Source of the DNA: a virus
Length of the DNA: 52,374 bases
Direction: 5' to 3' (one strand)
IMG/VR virus record: IMGVR_UViG_3300045988_166745
Part shown: positions 21,908-29,035 of the stretch, piece after piece
Layout: the number at the start of each line of letters is the position of its first letter
Numbering within the stretch: position 1 is the first letter of the stretch
Translations under genes and position numbers: made by a program
The notes under the pieces: generated by a model
Databases searched by the model: none
What the model saw: only the letters and a program-made list of their open reading frames with translations
What the model was told of the DNA's origin: nothing

Positions 21908-21976
21908 TTGTATCAAAGGTTAAGTGTTTTTCCATAACAGCACTTAACCTTTGATACAAAAGGTTAAGTGCTTTTT
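21908..21976 (+). promoter_or_regulatory. Three-segment antiterminator/terminator switch
   Basis: Segment 1 (21908-21925, TGTATCAAAGGTTAAGTG) pairs with segment 2 (21940-21957). Segment 2 (21939-21951) can instead pair with segment 3 (21958-21970), which is followed by TTTTTT. Confidence 0.6.
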
Positions 21977-22020
21977 TCATGCCATAAAGTAAAAAGTGCC
22001 GAAAATACGTTGGTTTTTGA

Positions 22021-22074
22021 CAAATGCCTGTTCACGTAACGATTCAGTTCGTTGCGTGGACAGGCATTTTTTAT
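22021..22074 (+). terminator. Long-stem intrinsic terminator
   Basis: AAATGCCTGTTCACGTAACGA-loop-TCGTTGCGTGGACAGGCATTTTTTATTTT. Confidence 0.75.
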
Positions 22075-22097
22075 TTTCCAGCCATGCTTGCTAAAAA

Positions 22098-22150
22098 GCA
22101 ATCGTTAAAATTTAAGAGCAATCGTTAAATTTTAGGCAGTAATCGTTAAA
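22098..22150 (+). repeat. Three direct repeats GYAATCGTTAAA at 20-21-bp spacing (operator or iteron candidates)
   Basis: gcaatcgttaaa at 22098 and 22118, gtaatcgttaaa at 22139, immediately upstream of the CDS at 22177. Confidence 0.7.
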
Positions 22151-22176
22151 AGATTGCAGTTAGGGAGATTGAAACC

Positions 22177-22398
22177 ATGAAAGAGCATCAGAAAGAAAGT
22201 GCGTTATACTTGTGCGACCCCAGTAAAAATGTGACTTGCCAAAAGAGCATTTGCCAGTCACAGTGCGTACTTACGACAAAAGTGGAATATGCGAAAGCAG
22301 ACGCCGATGGTAGTCCGGTTATCGTTTACAAGAACCGAATGGAAGCTTTGAGCAGTATCCTCTCGAAAGAAAATGGAACTGCATCCCACGGGGTTTAA
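22177..22398 (+). CDS. Small Cys-rich protein (unknown function)
   Basis: GGGAG lies 9 nt upstream of the ATG. ALYLCDPSKNVTCQKSICQSQCVLTTKVEYA resembles small Cys-rich phage proteins (recalled). The C-terminal end may be fortuitous. Confidence 0.5.
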   Translation: MKEHQKESALYLCDPSKNVTCQKSICQSQCVLTTKVEYAKADADGSPVIVYKNRMEALSSILSKENGTASHGV

Positions 22399-22956
22399 CC
22401 CTCCCCGAATGCCATAGGTGATTACCTAACAATGCCCGTCGGGAGCGTATCCCGACCCACTGCCCGTAAGGGAGAAAATACAACACCTGCTGACCTATCG
22501 GCAACACGGGGACGGTGTGGCAGCATCGTAGGCAATTACCTCCTAACTTTGCCTTTATACTACGCTTTGCGGTGAGCGAATCACCGCATAATGGGATGCG
22601 TCTTAGTTGTCCAGCCAAGATATGAAGCCTCTGGACAATGCACGGTGCAACTCCGTGACAGCTGTCTCCGTCAGGGAGCATTGTCTATTTCGTTTCCGCT
22701 GTCTTGCTGTGCGGTGCAATTCCGTAGCATCCACCAACGCCCGTCGGGAGCGTATCCCGACCCAAGCCTGCCAGCAATCCGTAGACCGTGGATGTAAAGC
22801 AACGGTGTCGGCTGACTTTAAAACCGTGCATTGGTGGCTGCACGTTTTCATGACTGGAAAATCATGCTTCCCGTTGCAGATAGCGATTGCAACACGCTTC
22901 TGAGTCGTTGAGCGTATCAGCGACATCCAACTTACTTTTCATCCTGAAAAGTAAAA
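22399..22956 (+). ncRNA. Candidate large structured non-coding RNA (ROOL/GOLLD-like class, identity unverified)
   Basis: No credible ORF. Four hairpins share a GA-GCGWA-TC apex with different but complementary stems (22438-56, 22569-87, 22743-61, 22904-24). Internal motif duplications and two terminal hairpins with U-rich tails are present. Confidence 0.5.
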
Positions 22957-22978
22957 TAAATGTTAGGAGTGAATCACT

Positions 22979-23176
22979 ATGGAGAACAACAAAAGGGTTA
23001 TTGTGCGGGCTACAGAAAAGTATGAATTTTGCTGCTATCTTTCGGACATGGGAGTAGAGCGAATCTATACGGTACTCGCAGAAAATGAAAAGGATGCTCG
23101 TGAACGGTTTCATGAGTTGCTGAATGAGGAACGAGTGGAATTACTCCAAATCAGAAAGGTGGATGAGGAAAGATGA
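22979..23176 (+). CDS. Hypothetical early protein
   Basis: 65 aa. AGGAG RBS lies 10 nt upstream. Confidence 0.6.
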   Translation: MENNKRVIVRATEKYEFCCYLSDMGVERIYTVLAENEKDARERFHELLNEERVELLQIRKVDEER

Positions 23177-23967
23177 AAGACGGAAATTACTATACCGTTT
23201 ACGGCTGGATGATTAACCGGCTAAAGCTGAAAGGGACAACTTTACAGCTGTACGCAGTGATCTATGGCTTTTCCGAGGACGGTGAAAATGAATGCTCCGG
23301 CAGTCTTGCCTACCTTGCTGAAACGACTGGATGTACCAAACAGACGGTTTTGAATGCCCTGAACAAGCTTGAAAAACTGGGGTATATTTTGAAACGTCAG
23401 ACAAGGGATGATGACGGTGGTTTGCGAAATCATTATCGGGTAAATTTAACCGCAATCGAACAGCGTGTTTCTCCACAAAAAGTGGAAAGCGGCTGTGGAA
23501 AGAATGTTGAAACAAAGGCTGAAAGGCCTAAAAAATTTACCCAGTCGGTCAAAAAAAAGGAATGCCCTCAGCCAAAAAAGAGGAATGCCCCTAGTCAAAA
23601 AACCAGACCGTATAATACTACAAGAGAATCAATAGGTTTTGAATTATGTGAGGGGGACGCACGCTCGGAAAAGCAAACATTTGGTGATTTTCAGAATGTT
23701 CAGCTGACAGAGAACGAATATGCTCGACTGTCAGAATTGTATGGGACACAATTGCCGCAGACAATCAGCAGCTTATCCAGCTACATGGCCTCGACTGGAA
23801 AGCACTACCGCAGTCATTATGCAACACTGTTTCGGTGGTGTCAGCAGGATATGCAGAAAGCAAAAAATCAAAGCCAGCAACACCATGGCTATCGAAATGC
23901 AGAGCGAACCAACGAATGGCTATCGGAAAACCGAGAATTCTTAGAGGCCCTTGGCGGACTTTACTGA
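23173..23967 (+). CDS. Replisome organiser-like protein (winged-HTH N-terminus, DnaD/phage C-terminal domain)
   Basis: YTVYGWMINRLKLKGTTLQLYAVIYGFSEDGENECSGSLAYLAETTGCTKQTVLNALNKLEKLGYI, plus the C-terminal FGDFQNVQLTENEYARL…YRSHYATLFRWC. Confidence 0.6.
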   Translation: MKDGNYYTVYGWMINRLKLKGTTLQLYAVIYGFSEDGENECSGSLAYLAETTGCTKQTVLNALNKLEKLGYILKRQTRDDDGGLRNHYRVNLTAIEQRVSPQKVESGCGKNVETKAERPKKFTQSVKKKECPQPKKRNAPSQKTRPYNTTRESIGFELCEGDARSEKQTFGDFQNVQLTENEYARLSELYGTQLPQTISSLSSYMASTGKHYRSHYATLFRWCQQDMQKAKNQSQQHHGYRNAERTNEWLSENREFLEALGGLY

Positions 23968-23996
23968 ACCTTTGATAAAACCGGGAGTTGAGAGAT

Positions 23997-24167
23997 ATGA
24001 AATCAAAGAAACCAACACGCAGGCAAAAAATTATTATGTATCAGAAATTGCATCTTGATCCGAACGAGTGGTTTGTAGCAAGATGGAATTCGGCTTCAGA
24101 TTACATTACGCTTGTCAATCGATTCACTGGCGGAATCGTGCAGAAACTGAATCCGGAGCGTATATAA
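23997..24167 (+). CDS. Small protein, DUF6906-like
   Basis: 56 aa: MKSKKPTRRQKIIMYQKLHLDPNEWFVARWNSASDYITLVNRFTGGIVQKLNPERI. Below the ORF-track cutoff. Confidence 0.5.
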   Translation: MKSKKPTRRQKIIMYQKLHLDPNEWFVARWNSASDYITLVNRFTGGIVQKLNPERI

Positions 24168-24364
24168 TGGCGGATAAACGGTGCGAAATGTGTGGCAAGC
24201 CTCTGATTCATGTGAAAGCTGACCGCAGGTTCTGCGGTGCTTGCATGCGGATTCGGAGAAAGGCTTACGCCAAACAGTATCAAGAATTCAGAAAAGGAAT
24301 GAATAAAAATGACAACAGAACAGATGCACGTGATTGCAAAAATAATGGATGCCAGAACTTTTGA
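24167..24364 (+). CDS. Small zinc-ribbon protein
   Basis: MADKRCEMCGKPL…FCGACMRIRRKAY. TAATG start overlap with the previous stop. Confidence 0.5.
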   Translation: MADKRCEMCGKPLIHVKADRRFCGACMRIRRKAYAKQYQEFRKGMNKNDNRTDARDCKNNGCQNF

Positions 24365-24662
24365 AAGGCAGCTGGAGCAGACGGTTGAGGAGGCAGCAGA
24401 GTTCATTCAAGCAGCTCAGAAAATCAAACGGTATCCCGGAAATTCGTTGCAAATGAATCATCTCGTGGAGGAAACCGGCGATTTGCTGATTACCTTGGAG
24501 CAAATTCGGATTTACCTTGTCCGAGATGGCTACGGTGATGCACTGAACAGTATGATTGACTATAAGTTGAACCGGGAACTTGGCAGAATGGAACAGGAGC
24601 GTAAGGACAATGAAAGCAAGGCTTATCACAATCGGAGAAAGCGAAATCCGTCAAAGGGTTGA
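24309..24662 (+). CDS. MazG-like nucleotide pyrophosphohydrolase
   Basis: LEQTVEEAAEFIQAAQK and LVEETGDLLITLEQI form an EExxE…EExxD-type pair. Confidence 0.55.
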   Translation: MTTEQMHVIAKIMDARTFERQLEQTVEEAAEFIQAAQKIKRYPGNSLQMNHLVEETGDLLITLEQIRIYLVRDGYGDALNSMIDYKLNRELGRMEQERKDNESKAYHNRRKRNPSKG

Positions 24663-24927
24663 GGAAGAATATCAGAAAAAGAAAGATCAGATTTATGAAT
24701 CGGTAATTCAAGATGTTCTTCCCCAGTTTATGTCCGTTTGTATGGTGGAACTCAATAAAGAGTTCGGATTTGGAGAAAAGCGACTGCGGTCTGTTTTGGA
24801 TGGCGTAAAAGACCATTTCAAGCTAATGGACGGGGTCGGGATTTTGAACCATCAGTATTCTACGCTGGACTGTCTTACATACTTGAAAGAAAAGTATGGT
24901 ATTGATTTGGATGAGGAACTGCTGTAA
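24610..24927 (+). CDS. Hypothetical protein
   Basis: Start MKARLITIGES… preceded by AGGAG/AAGGA. The longer ORF-track start overlaps the previous gene. Confidence 0.55.
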   Translation: MKARLITIGESEIRQRVEEEYQKKKDQIYESVIQDVLPQFMSVCMVELNKEFGFGEKRLRSVLDGVKDHFKLMDGVGILNHQYSTLDCLTYLKEKYGIDLDEELL

Positions 24928-24948
24928 TGGCAGAAAGGCGGTTACAAC

Positions 24949-25443
24949 ATGAATAGAATCTGTAGACAATGCGGTGCAGAAAAACCACTCTGGGAGTTTG
25001 TTGACCGCAGCAAACAAACTGGTGAACGGAGAAAAATTCATCGTATTTGTGCAGCTTGCAGATCTGAACGTAGCAAAGAACGATACCAGCAGAGACGGAA
25101 AGAGGTACTTTCCTACCAAAAACAGTATCGTGAGAAACTAAAACGTGAGAGAATTGAAACTCCCGTCAATTGTGACCCAAAGGAAATCTGTGGTTCCGTT
25201 GACAATGGATATGTTCGCTTGGCTGCAGAAATTCTGAGGAGTGAGTTCTCTGCTTATCGGAGAGCATTGGAAAAGTACGATGGTAGTCCGGAATCTATCG
25301 GTAGAATTCGGTCGATTGAGCGTGAAATTCTTACGCCGTACTACGCTGCATTGACGATGAATGCCATCGATTTGAAAAGGTACTGCAATGATCTGCGAAA
25401 AAAGTATGGCATATATGGAGGGATAGAAGATTGGGCTGGATAA
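24949..25443 (+). CDS. Hypothetical protein with an N-terminal CxxC…CxxC zinc ribbon
   Basis: MNRICRQCGAEKPLWEF…RICAACRSE. Confidence 0.6.
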   Translation: MNRICRQCGAEKPLWEFVDRSKQTGERRKIHRICAACRSERSKERYQQRRKEVLSYQKQYREKLKRERIETPVNCDPKEICGSVDNGYVRLAAEILRSEFSAYRRALEKYDGSPESIGRIRSIEREILTPYYAALTMNAIDLKRYCNDLRKKYGIYGGIEDWAG

Positions 25444-25673
25444 GCGTGAGAGATTCCCTTCCGAAGCTGTTTACTGAAGTATTGATAACGGTCCGAAACA
25501 GATGCACGGATTTTAGTAATACATACTATGGGCAGCGTGGCAATAACTACTGGCAGTTTTGGGATTACTCAAAGATTCTTGAAATAACTGATGAAGACGA
25601 AAATTATGAGGTGTTGGCTTGGATGTCACTGCCTCAACCGTTCAATGAAAGGAGCAAAAATAATGAAGATTGA
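25431..25673 (+). CDS. DUF551-domain protein
   Basis: TTG start 8 nt after GGAGGG. WISVRDSLPKLFTEVLI…VLAWMSLPQPF is the DUF551 signature. Confidence 0.65.
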   Translation: MGWISVRDSLPKLFTEVLITVRNRCTDFSNTYYGQRGNNYWQFWDYSKILEITDEDENYEVLAWMSLPQPFNERSKNNED

Positions 25674-26157
25674 AAAAGAAACAAAGGTTGTCATTTTGCA
25701 AAATGGGAACGCAGTGATGGCTACACAGTATGTTAACGGCAAGAAAGTAAACGCAAGCATTGCAAGGTGCTGTCCGGAGGATGCTTTTGATTTTGCCTTT
25801 GGTGCAAAATTGGCTTTGGAGCGGCTGCTTGACTGTATGGGTTCTGCACCGGAAACGGCTTTTGATTGGGACAGGTTTATTTCCGGTGACGTATGGGTAC
25901 AGACGAACAGTTCTAACACTGATGCCTTTTTGCAGGCTTGCGAAGAGCATCATTTGACAGATCGAACCGGAGATCGTCCGACAGAGTTGAATGTATTTCG
26001 TGACTTTAACAATGCAAGTGAGATTGAAAAAGCGTTGTATGGGATTTTCGGAATGATTCCGAAAGAAAATATCTGGTTTGCAACAAGAGATGGAAAATTG
26101 CGGTGGGGCAATGAGAAACCAACTGGAGAAATTTTTGAATGGGGACAGGCAGAATGA
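25663..26157 (+). CDS. Hypothetical protein
   Basis: AAAGGAG RBS. MKIEKETKVVILQNGNAVMATQ…ARCCPEDAFDFAFGAKLALERLL. Confidence 0.6.
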   Translation: MKIEKETKVVILQNGNAVMATQYVNGKKVNASIARCCPEDAFDFAFGAKLALERLLDCMGSAPETAFDWDRFISGDVWVQTNSSNTDAFLQACEEHHLTDRTGDRPTELNVFRDFNNASEIEKALYGIFGMIPKENIWFATRDGKLRWGNEKPTGEIFEWGQAE

Positions 26158-26348
26158 ACGATTGTGTAAACTGCAAATATGCAAACCAGTCCAAAAACAC
26201 AAGAGTCATCCGGACACCTGCTGCGGTTATTACGCAGAAACAGGGTGGCATTGTTTGCGAGAATACAGGGCAGAAAACAATACAGATAACAGATGAGGGA
26301 ATATGCTGTTCTGGTTTCTGTCAGAAAGAACTGAAAGGCGATGATTGA
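26154..26348 (+). CDS. Small Cys-rich protein
   Basis: ATGA overlap. MNDCVNCKYANQ…CENTGQ…GICCSGFCQ. Confidence 0.5.
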   Translation: MNDCVNCKYANQSKNTRVIRTPAAVITQKQGGIVCENTGQKTIQITDEGICCSGFCQKELKGDD

Positions 26349-26351
26349 AAA

Positions 26352-26606
26352 ATGTGTAAGGAAAGTATCGGGCTTCATCCGAGTCCGGATAATGTGAATC
26401 ATCCATTTCACTATCAAGGAAAGTATGAGTGTATTGATGAGATGATCGCATTGTTTGGCGTAGATGCTGTTCGCCATTTCTGTATGTGCAACGTATATAA
26501 ATACCGTTTTCGTGCAAGTCGGAAAAATGGAACGGAAGATATAGAAAAGGCGGAGTGGTACATGGGAAAACTGATGGAGTTAAATCAGGAGGTAAAAGAA
26601 AGATGA
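26352..26606 (+). CDS. DUF3310-family protein
   Basis: NHPFHYQGKYECIDEMIALFGVDAVRHFCMCNVYKYRFRASRKNGTEDIEKAEWYMGKL. Confidence 0.65.
   Translation: MCKESIGLHPSPDNVNHPFHYQGKYECIDEMIALFGVDAVRHFCMCNVYKYRFRASRKNGTEDIEKAEWYMGKLMELNQEVKER
26553..26592 (+). repeat. Direct repeat, copy 1 (3' end of the DUF3310 gene plus RBS)
   Basis: agtggtacatgggaaaactgatggagttaaatcaggagg, compared with 26962-27000. Confidence 0.8.
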
Positions 26607-26923
26607 TTCTTCATGAAATGTTGGATAATACCTCATTCTGCGGACAAGTCCTCATTTACGCAAGGAATGCTTATGACCAGTGTGTAAAACTTTTTCAGGG
26701 AAGTGTTGAAAATGCCAGAAAAGACGAAAATGTGTGGGATTATCTGACATATGAAGTTGACCAGTGGATATGTGGAAATCACTGGACGTTGATTTATGTC
26801 AAGCACTATGCTTATGAAGATAAACTGGAAACTTGTTACTGTAATTCAGACAGGTGGACAAGAGAAAATCGCCCTTACAAAAGTTCGTATCAGGTCGAAA
26901 AAGAATTGAAGTGCTTGAGCTAA
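26603..26923 (+). CDS. Hypothetical protein bracketed by direct repeats
   Basis: ATGA overlap start. 106 aa. Confidence 0.6.
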   Translation: MILHEMLDNTSFCGQVLIYARNAYDQCVKLFQGSVENARKDENVWDYLTYEVDQWICGNHWTLIYVKHYAYEDKLETCYCNSDRWTRENRPYKSSYQVEKELKCLS

Positions 26924-26961
26924 AGAGCTGATTTTATAAAACCCTGCAAAAATCTGAAGAA

Positions 26962-27000
26962 AGTGGTACATGGAAAAACTAATGGAACTAAATCAGGAGG
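26962..27000 (+). repeat. Direct repeat, copy 2
   Basis: agtggtacatggaaaaactaatggaactaaatcaggagg is about 88 percent identical to copy 1 by eye. It is non-coding here and supplies the RBS of the next gene. Confidence 0.8.
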
Positions 27001-27006
27001 AAAATC

Positions 27007-27390
27007 ATGAAAAAGCTGATTGTTGAGATTGCTGACAAGTATGCAGATGCGGTATCAATGTCATTTATCGGAACCAAATGCACCGAATTGGAAGAAATCC
27101 ATATGACTGTTGCTGCAGTTGCTGTTAAGCATGATGTAACAGCGGTTGCAATTTGCGAAGATGGAAGTTCAGTTGGCTACGAAGGTGACTTTGAAACCCA
27201 AGACCAGCAGTCAATTGAAAACTTGATAAGTGCAATCGAACAGTTGGAAGACTTACGTTGCGACCGTGAGGGCTTTGCAGCTGATTTTGAAAACGAAGAA
27301 GATAACGCTTTTTGCCTTGATGTTGCGGCAATTGACACAGCTTTAGCAGCGATAAAGCGTCTGATTAAATTAGAATACGAAAAGGAGTAA
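27007..27390 (+). CDS. Strongly acidic hypothetical protein
   Basis: 127 aa. By hand count, 29 Asp/Glu versus about 11 Lys/Arg. Confidence 0.65.
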   Translation: MKKLIVEIADKYADAVSMSFIGTKCTELEEIHMTVAAVAVKHDVTAVAICEDGSSVGYEGDFETQDQQSIENLISAIEQLEDLRCDREGFAADFENEEDNAFCLDVAAIDTALAAIKRLIKLEYEKE

Positions 27391-27396
27391 TTGAAA

Positions 27397-27600
27397 ATGA
27401 GCGATGAAACATTAGAACTGCTATGGTCAATGCTTACGAACGAGCAACTTTTGGAACTGCGGGAAAAAGGTGCAATGGACGATCGCACGATGGCATCTTT
27501 CAAGACTGAATTGTTTAAGCGGTGTTTGATTCAATTTGATGAAACAGCGGATGCAGTGGCAAAGGCGGTCATGGCGGCATTTATGGAGGGATTGGCATGA
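27397..27600 (+). CDS. Hypothetical protein
   Basis: AAAGGAG lies 9 nt upstream of ATG 27397. Confidence 0.55.
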   Translation: MSDETLELLWSMLTNEQLLELREKGAMDDRTMASFKTELFKRCLIQFDETADAVAKAVMAAFMEGLA

Positions 27601-28298
27601 TAAAAGTCGAAAACACAGAGGTGTATGGATGGGAAGCGGCCATACGGGGAATGCGAAATCCGATGAATAGTTGGGAAAAGTCGGATAGTTGCTATTGCAA
27701 GGAACCCATAACAACCAAATGCAACAATTTGGGTTGCTCTCATTGTGGCTGGGCATGGAGCGATTTGGGAAAAAATCCGTTTTGTATTGGGGATAACGAT
27801 ATGGCTTTAATGCAAAAATTAGTCAAGGCAGGTACCGATCATCGGAAGTTTATGCGAATGATTACAGTGAGTTGTGATATAATTGCCCCTCTTTATTGGT
27901 GGAAACAGTTTGATACGTACAAAGTCGGAACGGTTACTGATTCTTGCTCTACAATGCATAAAATTGCAGAAAAGGAATTTACATTGGATGACTTTTCGTG
28001 CGAGCATCTGTTTAATGGTGCTGAAGAAGGAACAGAATTTCTCAAAGATTTTATGTACACGATTAAAGCCCTCAACAAGGCACGAGAAACATATCTGGAA
28101 ACTAAAAAGAATATTTACTGGTGGCAAATGATTCAGCTGCTCCCGTCCAGTTATAATCAACGTAGAACCGTAGTACTAAACTACGAAGTATTGCGAAACG
28201 CTTGTCAAGCAAGAAAACATCATAAGCTGGATGAGTGGTTTGGATTTTACAAGTGGGCAGAATCACTGCCATACAGTGAACTGATATTGGAGGTGTGA
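27597..28298 (+). CDS. ThyX-like (thymidylate synthase complementing protein family) protein, divergent
   Basis: YGWEAAIRGMRNPMNSWEKSDS and APLYWWKQFDTYKVGTVTDSCSTMH resemble phage ThyX-like proteins. No canonical RHR…S…S.R motif was seen. Confidence 0.4.
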   Translation: MIKVENTEVYGWEAAIRGMRNPMNSWEKSDSCYCKEPITTKCNNLGCSHCGWAWSDLGKNPFCIGDNDMALMQKLVKAGTDHRKFMRMITVSCDIIAPLYWWKQFDTYKVGTVTDSCSTMHKIAEKEFTLDDFSCEHLFNGAEEGTEFLKDFMYTIKALNKARETYLETKKNIYWWQMIQLLPSSYNQRRTVVLNYEVLRNACQARKHHKLDEWFGFYKWAESLPYSELILEV

Positions 28299-28311
28299 GC
28301 AGGTGTATAAG

Positions 28312-28458
28312 ATGAAGTGTCCGAGATGTGGGAAACGTGCCTTTGATATTTCTGTGCTACCTAAAATTCCAGTGATTATTGAACTGAAATGCCCAAACTG
28401 CCGGAACATCGTGAAAGTTTCCTGCAGATCCGAGATGTGCATGGCTGATAAGAGATAG
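28312..28458 (+). CDS. Com-like zinc-ribbon protein (48 aa)
   Basis: MKCPRCGKRAFDISVLPKIPVIIELKCPNCRNIVKVSC… has a CxxC-N19-CxxC layout like Mu Com. AGGTG RBS. Below the ORF-track cutoff. Confidence 0.5.
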   Translation: MKCPRCGKRAFDISVLPKIPVIIELKCPNCRNIVKVSCRSEMCMADKR

Positions 28459-28617
28459 ATAATATACCGAGCAACGGAGTGATTTGACTACCAAATAGCC
28501 GGATAGTATATGAGACGACTGTTTTATATGCTGTTCGGCTATTTTTGTTTCATATACTTGACTTCACTTGAGTTTTTTTGCAAGCTGACTTCTATCAATC
28601 AGAAAGGAGTCATGTAT

Positions 28618-29022
28618 ATGTATATGAAATTTCGTAAAACAAAAACAGCAGCCAGATCCGTTTATATCTATCGCTTTGCAGATGGAACAGTCGCTGTACT
28701 GCATCCGGGAGAACAGGGTGTAAGCACTGAGATCATCGACTTTTTGCACAAGTTGGATGACCGTGAGGTGTATCGTAATCTGAAGCAACGAAAGGTGAAA
28801 CAACATTGTGCAAAGCCTGTCGATATTGAAGTGGAATCCTTGGAAATCCAGCGTCTGCATGAGGTGGTGTCCAGTCTTACGCCGAAGCAGCAGGATACCT
28901 ATCGCAGAGTGGTCGTGGAAGGAAATCCTATGACACAGGTAGCAAGAGAAGAAGGCGTATCGGAAACGGCAATTCGGCATCGCATGGCGAAAATCAAAGC
29001 CCAAATCAAGAAAAAATTTTGA
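28618..29022 (+). CDS. Small sigma-70-family-like factor (region-4 HTH)
   Basis: AAAGGAG lies 8 nt upstream. C-terminus LTPKQQDTYRRVVVEGNPMTQVAREEGVSETAIRHRMAKIKAQIKK. Confidence 0.65.
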   Translation: MYMKFRKTKTAARSVYIYRFADGTVAVLHPGEQGVSTEIIDFLHKLDDREVYRNLKQRKVKQHCAKPVDIEVESLEIQRLHEVVSSLTPKQQDTYRRVVVEGNPMTQVAREEGVSETAIRHRMAKIKAQIKKKF

Positions 29023-29035
29023 TTTTTCTAATGAT

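Noticed and set aside
21908-21957. An 18-bp perfect inverted repeat next to the recombinase genes, considered as attP
   Set aside because: Serine-integrase attP sites are imperfect repeats around a short core. The third copy of the arm, followed by a T-run, fits a terminator/antiterminator switch better. This is left open as an alternative only.
22098-22150. Short direct repeats considered as a CRISPR-like array
   Set aside because: There are only three 12-nt repeats with 8-9-nt spacers. That is far too short for CRISPR, and no cas genes are present.
22438-22924. The GAGCGTATC hairpin apices recall the AGC…GUAU sequence of group II intron domain V
   Set aside because: The AGC here lies in the loop and closing pair, not in a bulged 34-nt domain V helix. 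No reverse transcriptase/maturase ORF or other intron domains were recognised.
22319-22926. Four mutually overlapping ORFs (22319-22681 -, 22591-22797 +, 22603-22926 -, 22607-22903 +)
   Set aside because: They overlap each other on both strands. They lack an SD, have Cys/Arg-rich composition, and coincide with dense hairpins. The region is better explained as non-coding structured sequence.
27597-28298. Calling this ORF a functional thymidylate synthase ThyX
   Set aside because: The overall pattern resembles phage ThyX-like proteins, but I could not see the canonical RHR…S…S.R motif. It is reported only as ThyX-like, at low confidence.
28493-28554. AAATAGCCG…CGGCTATTTTT, considered as a terminator between the Com-like ORF and the sigma-like gene
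   Set aside because: The 9-bp stem encloses a loop of about 44 nt with no convincing internal pairing. That is too weak to call as a feature.
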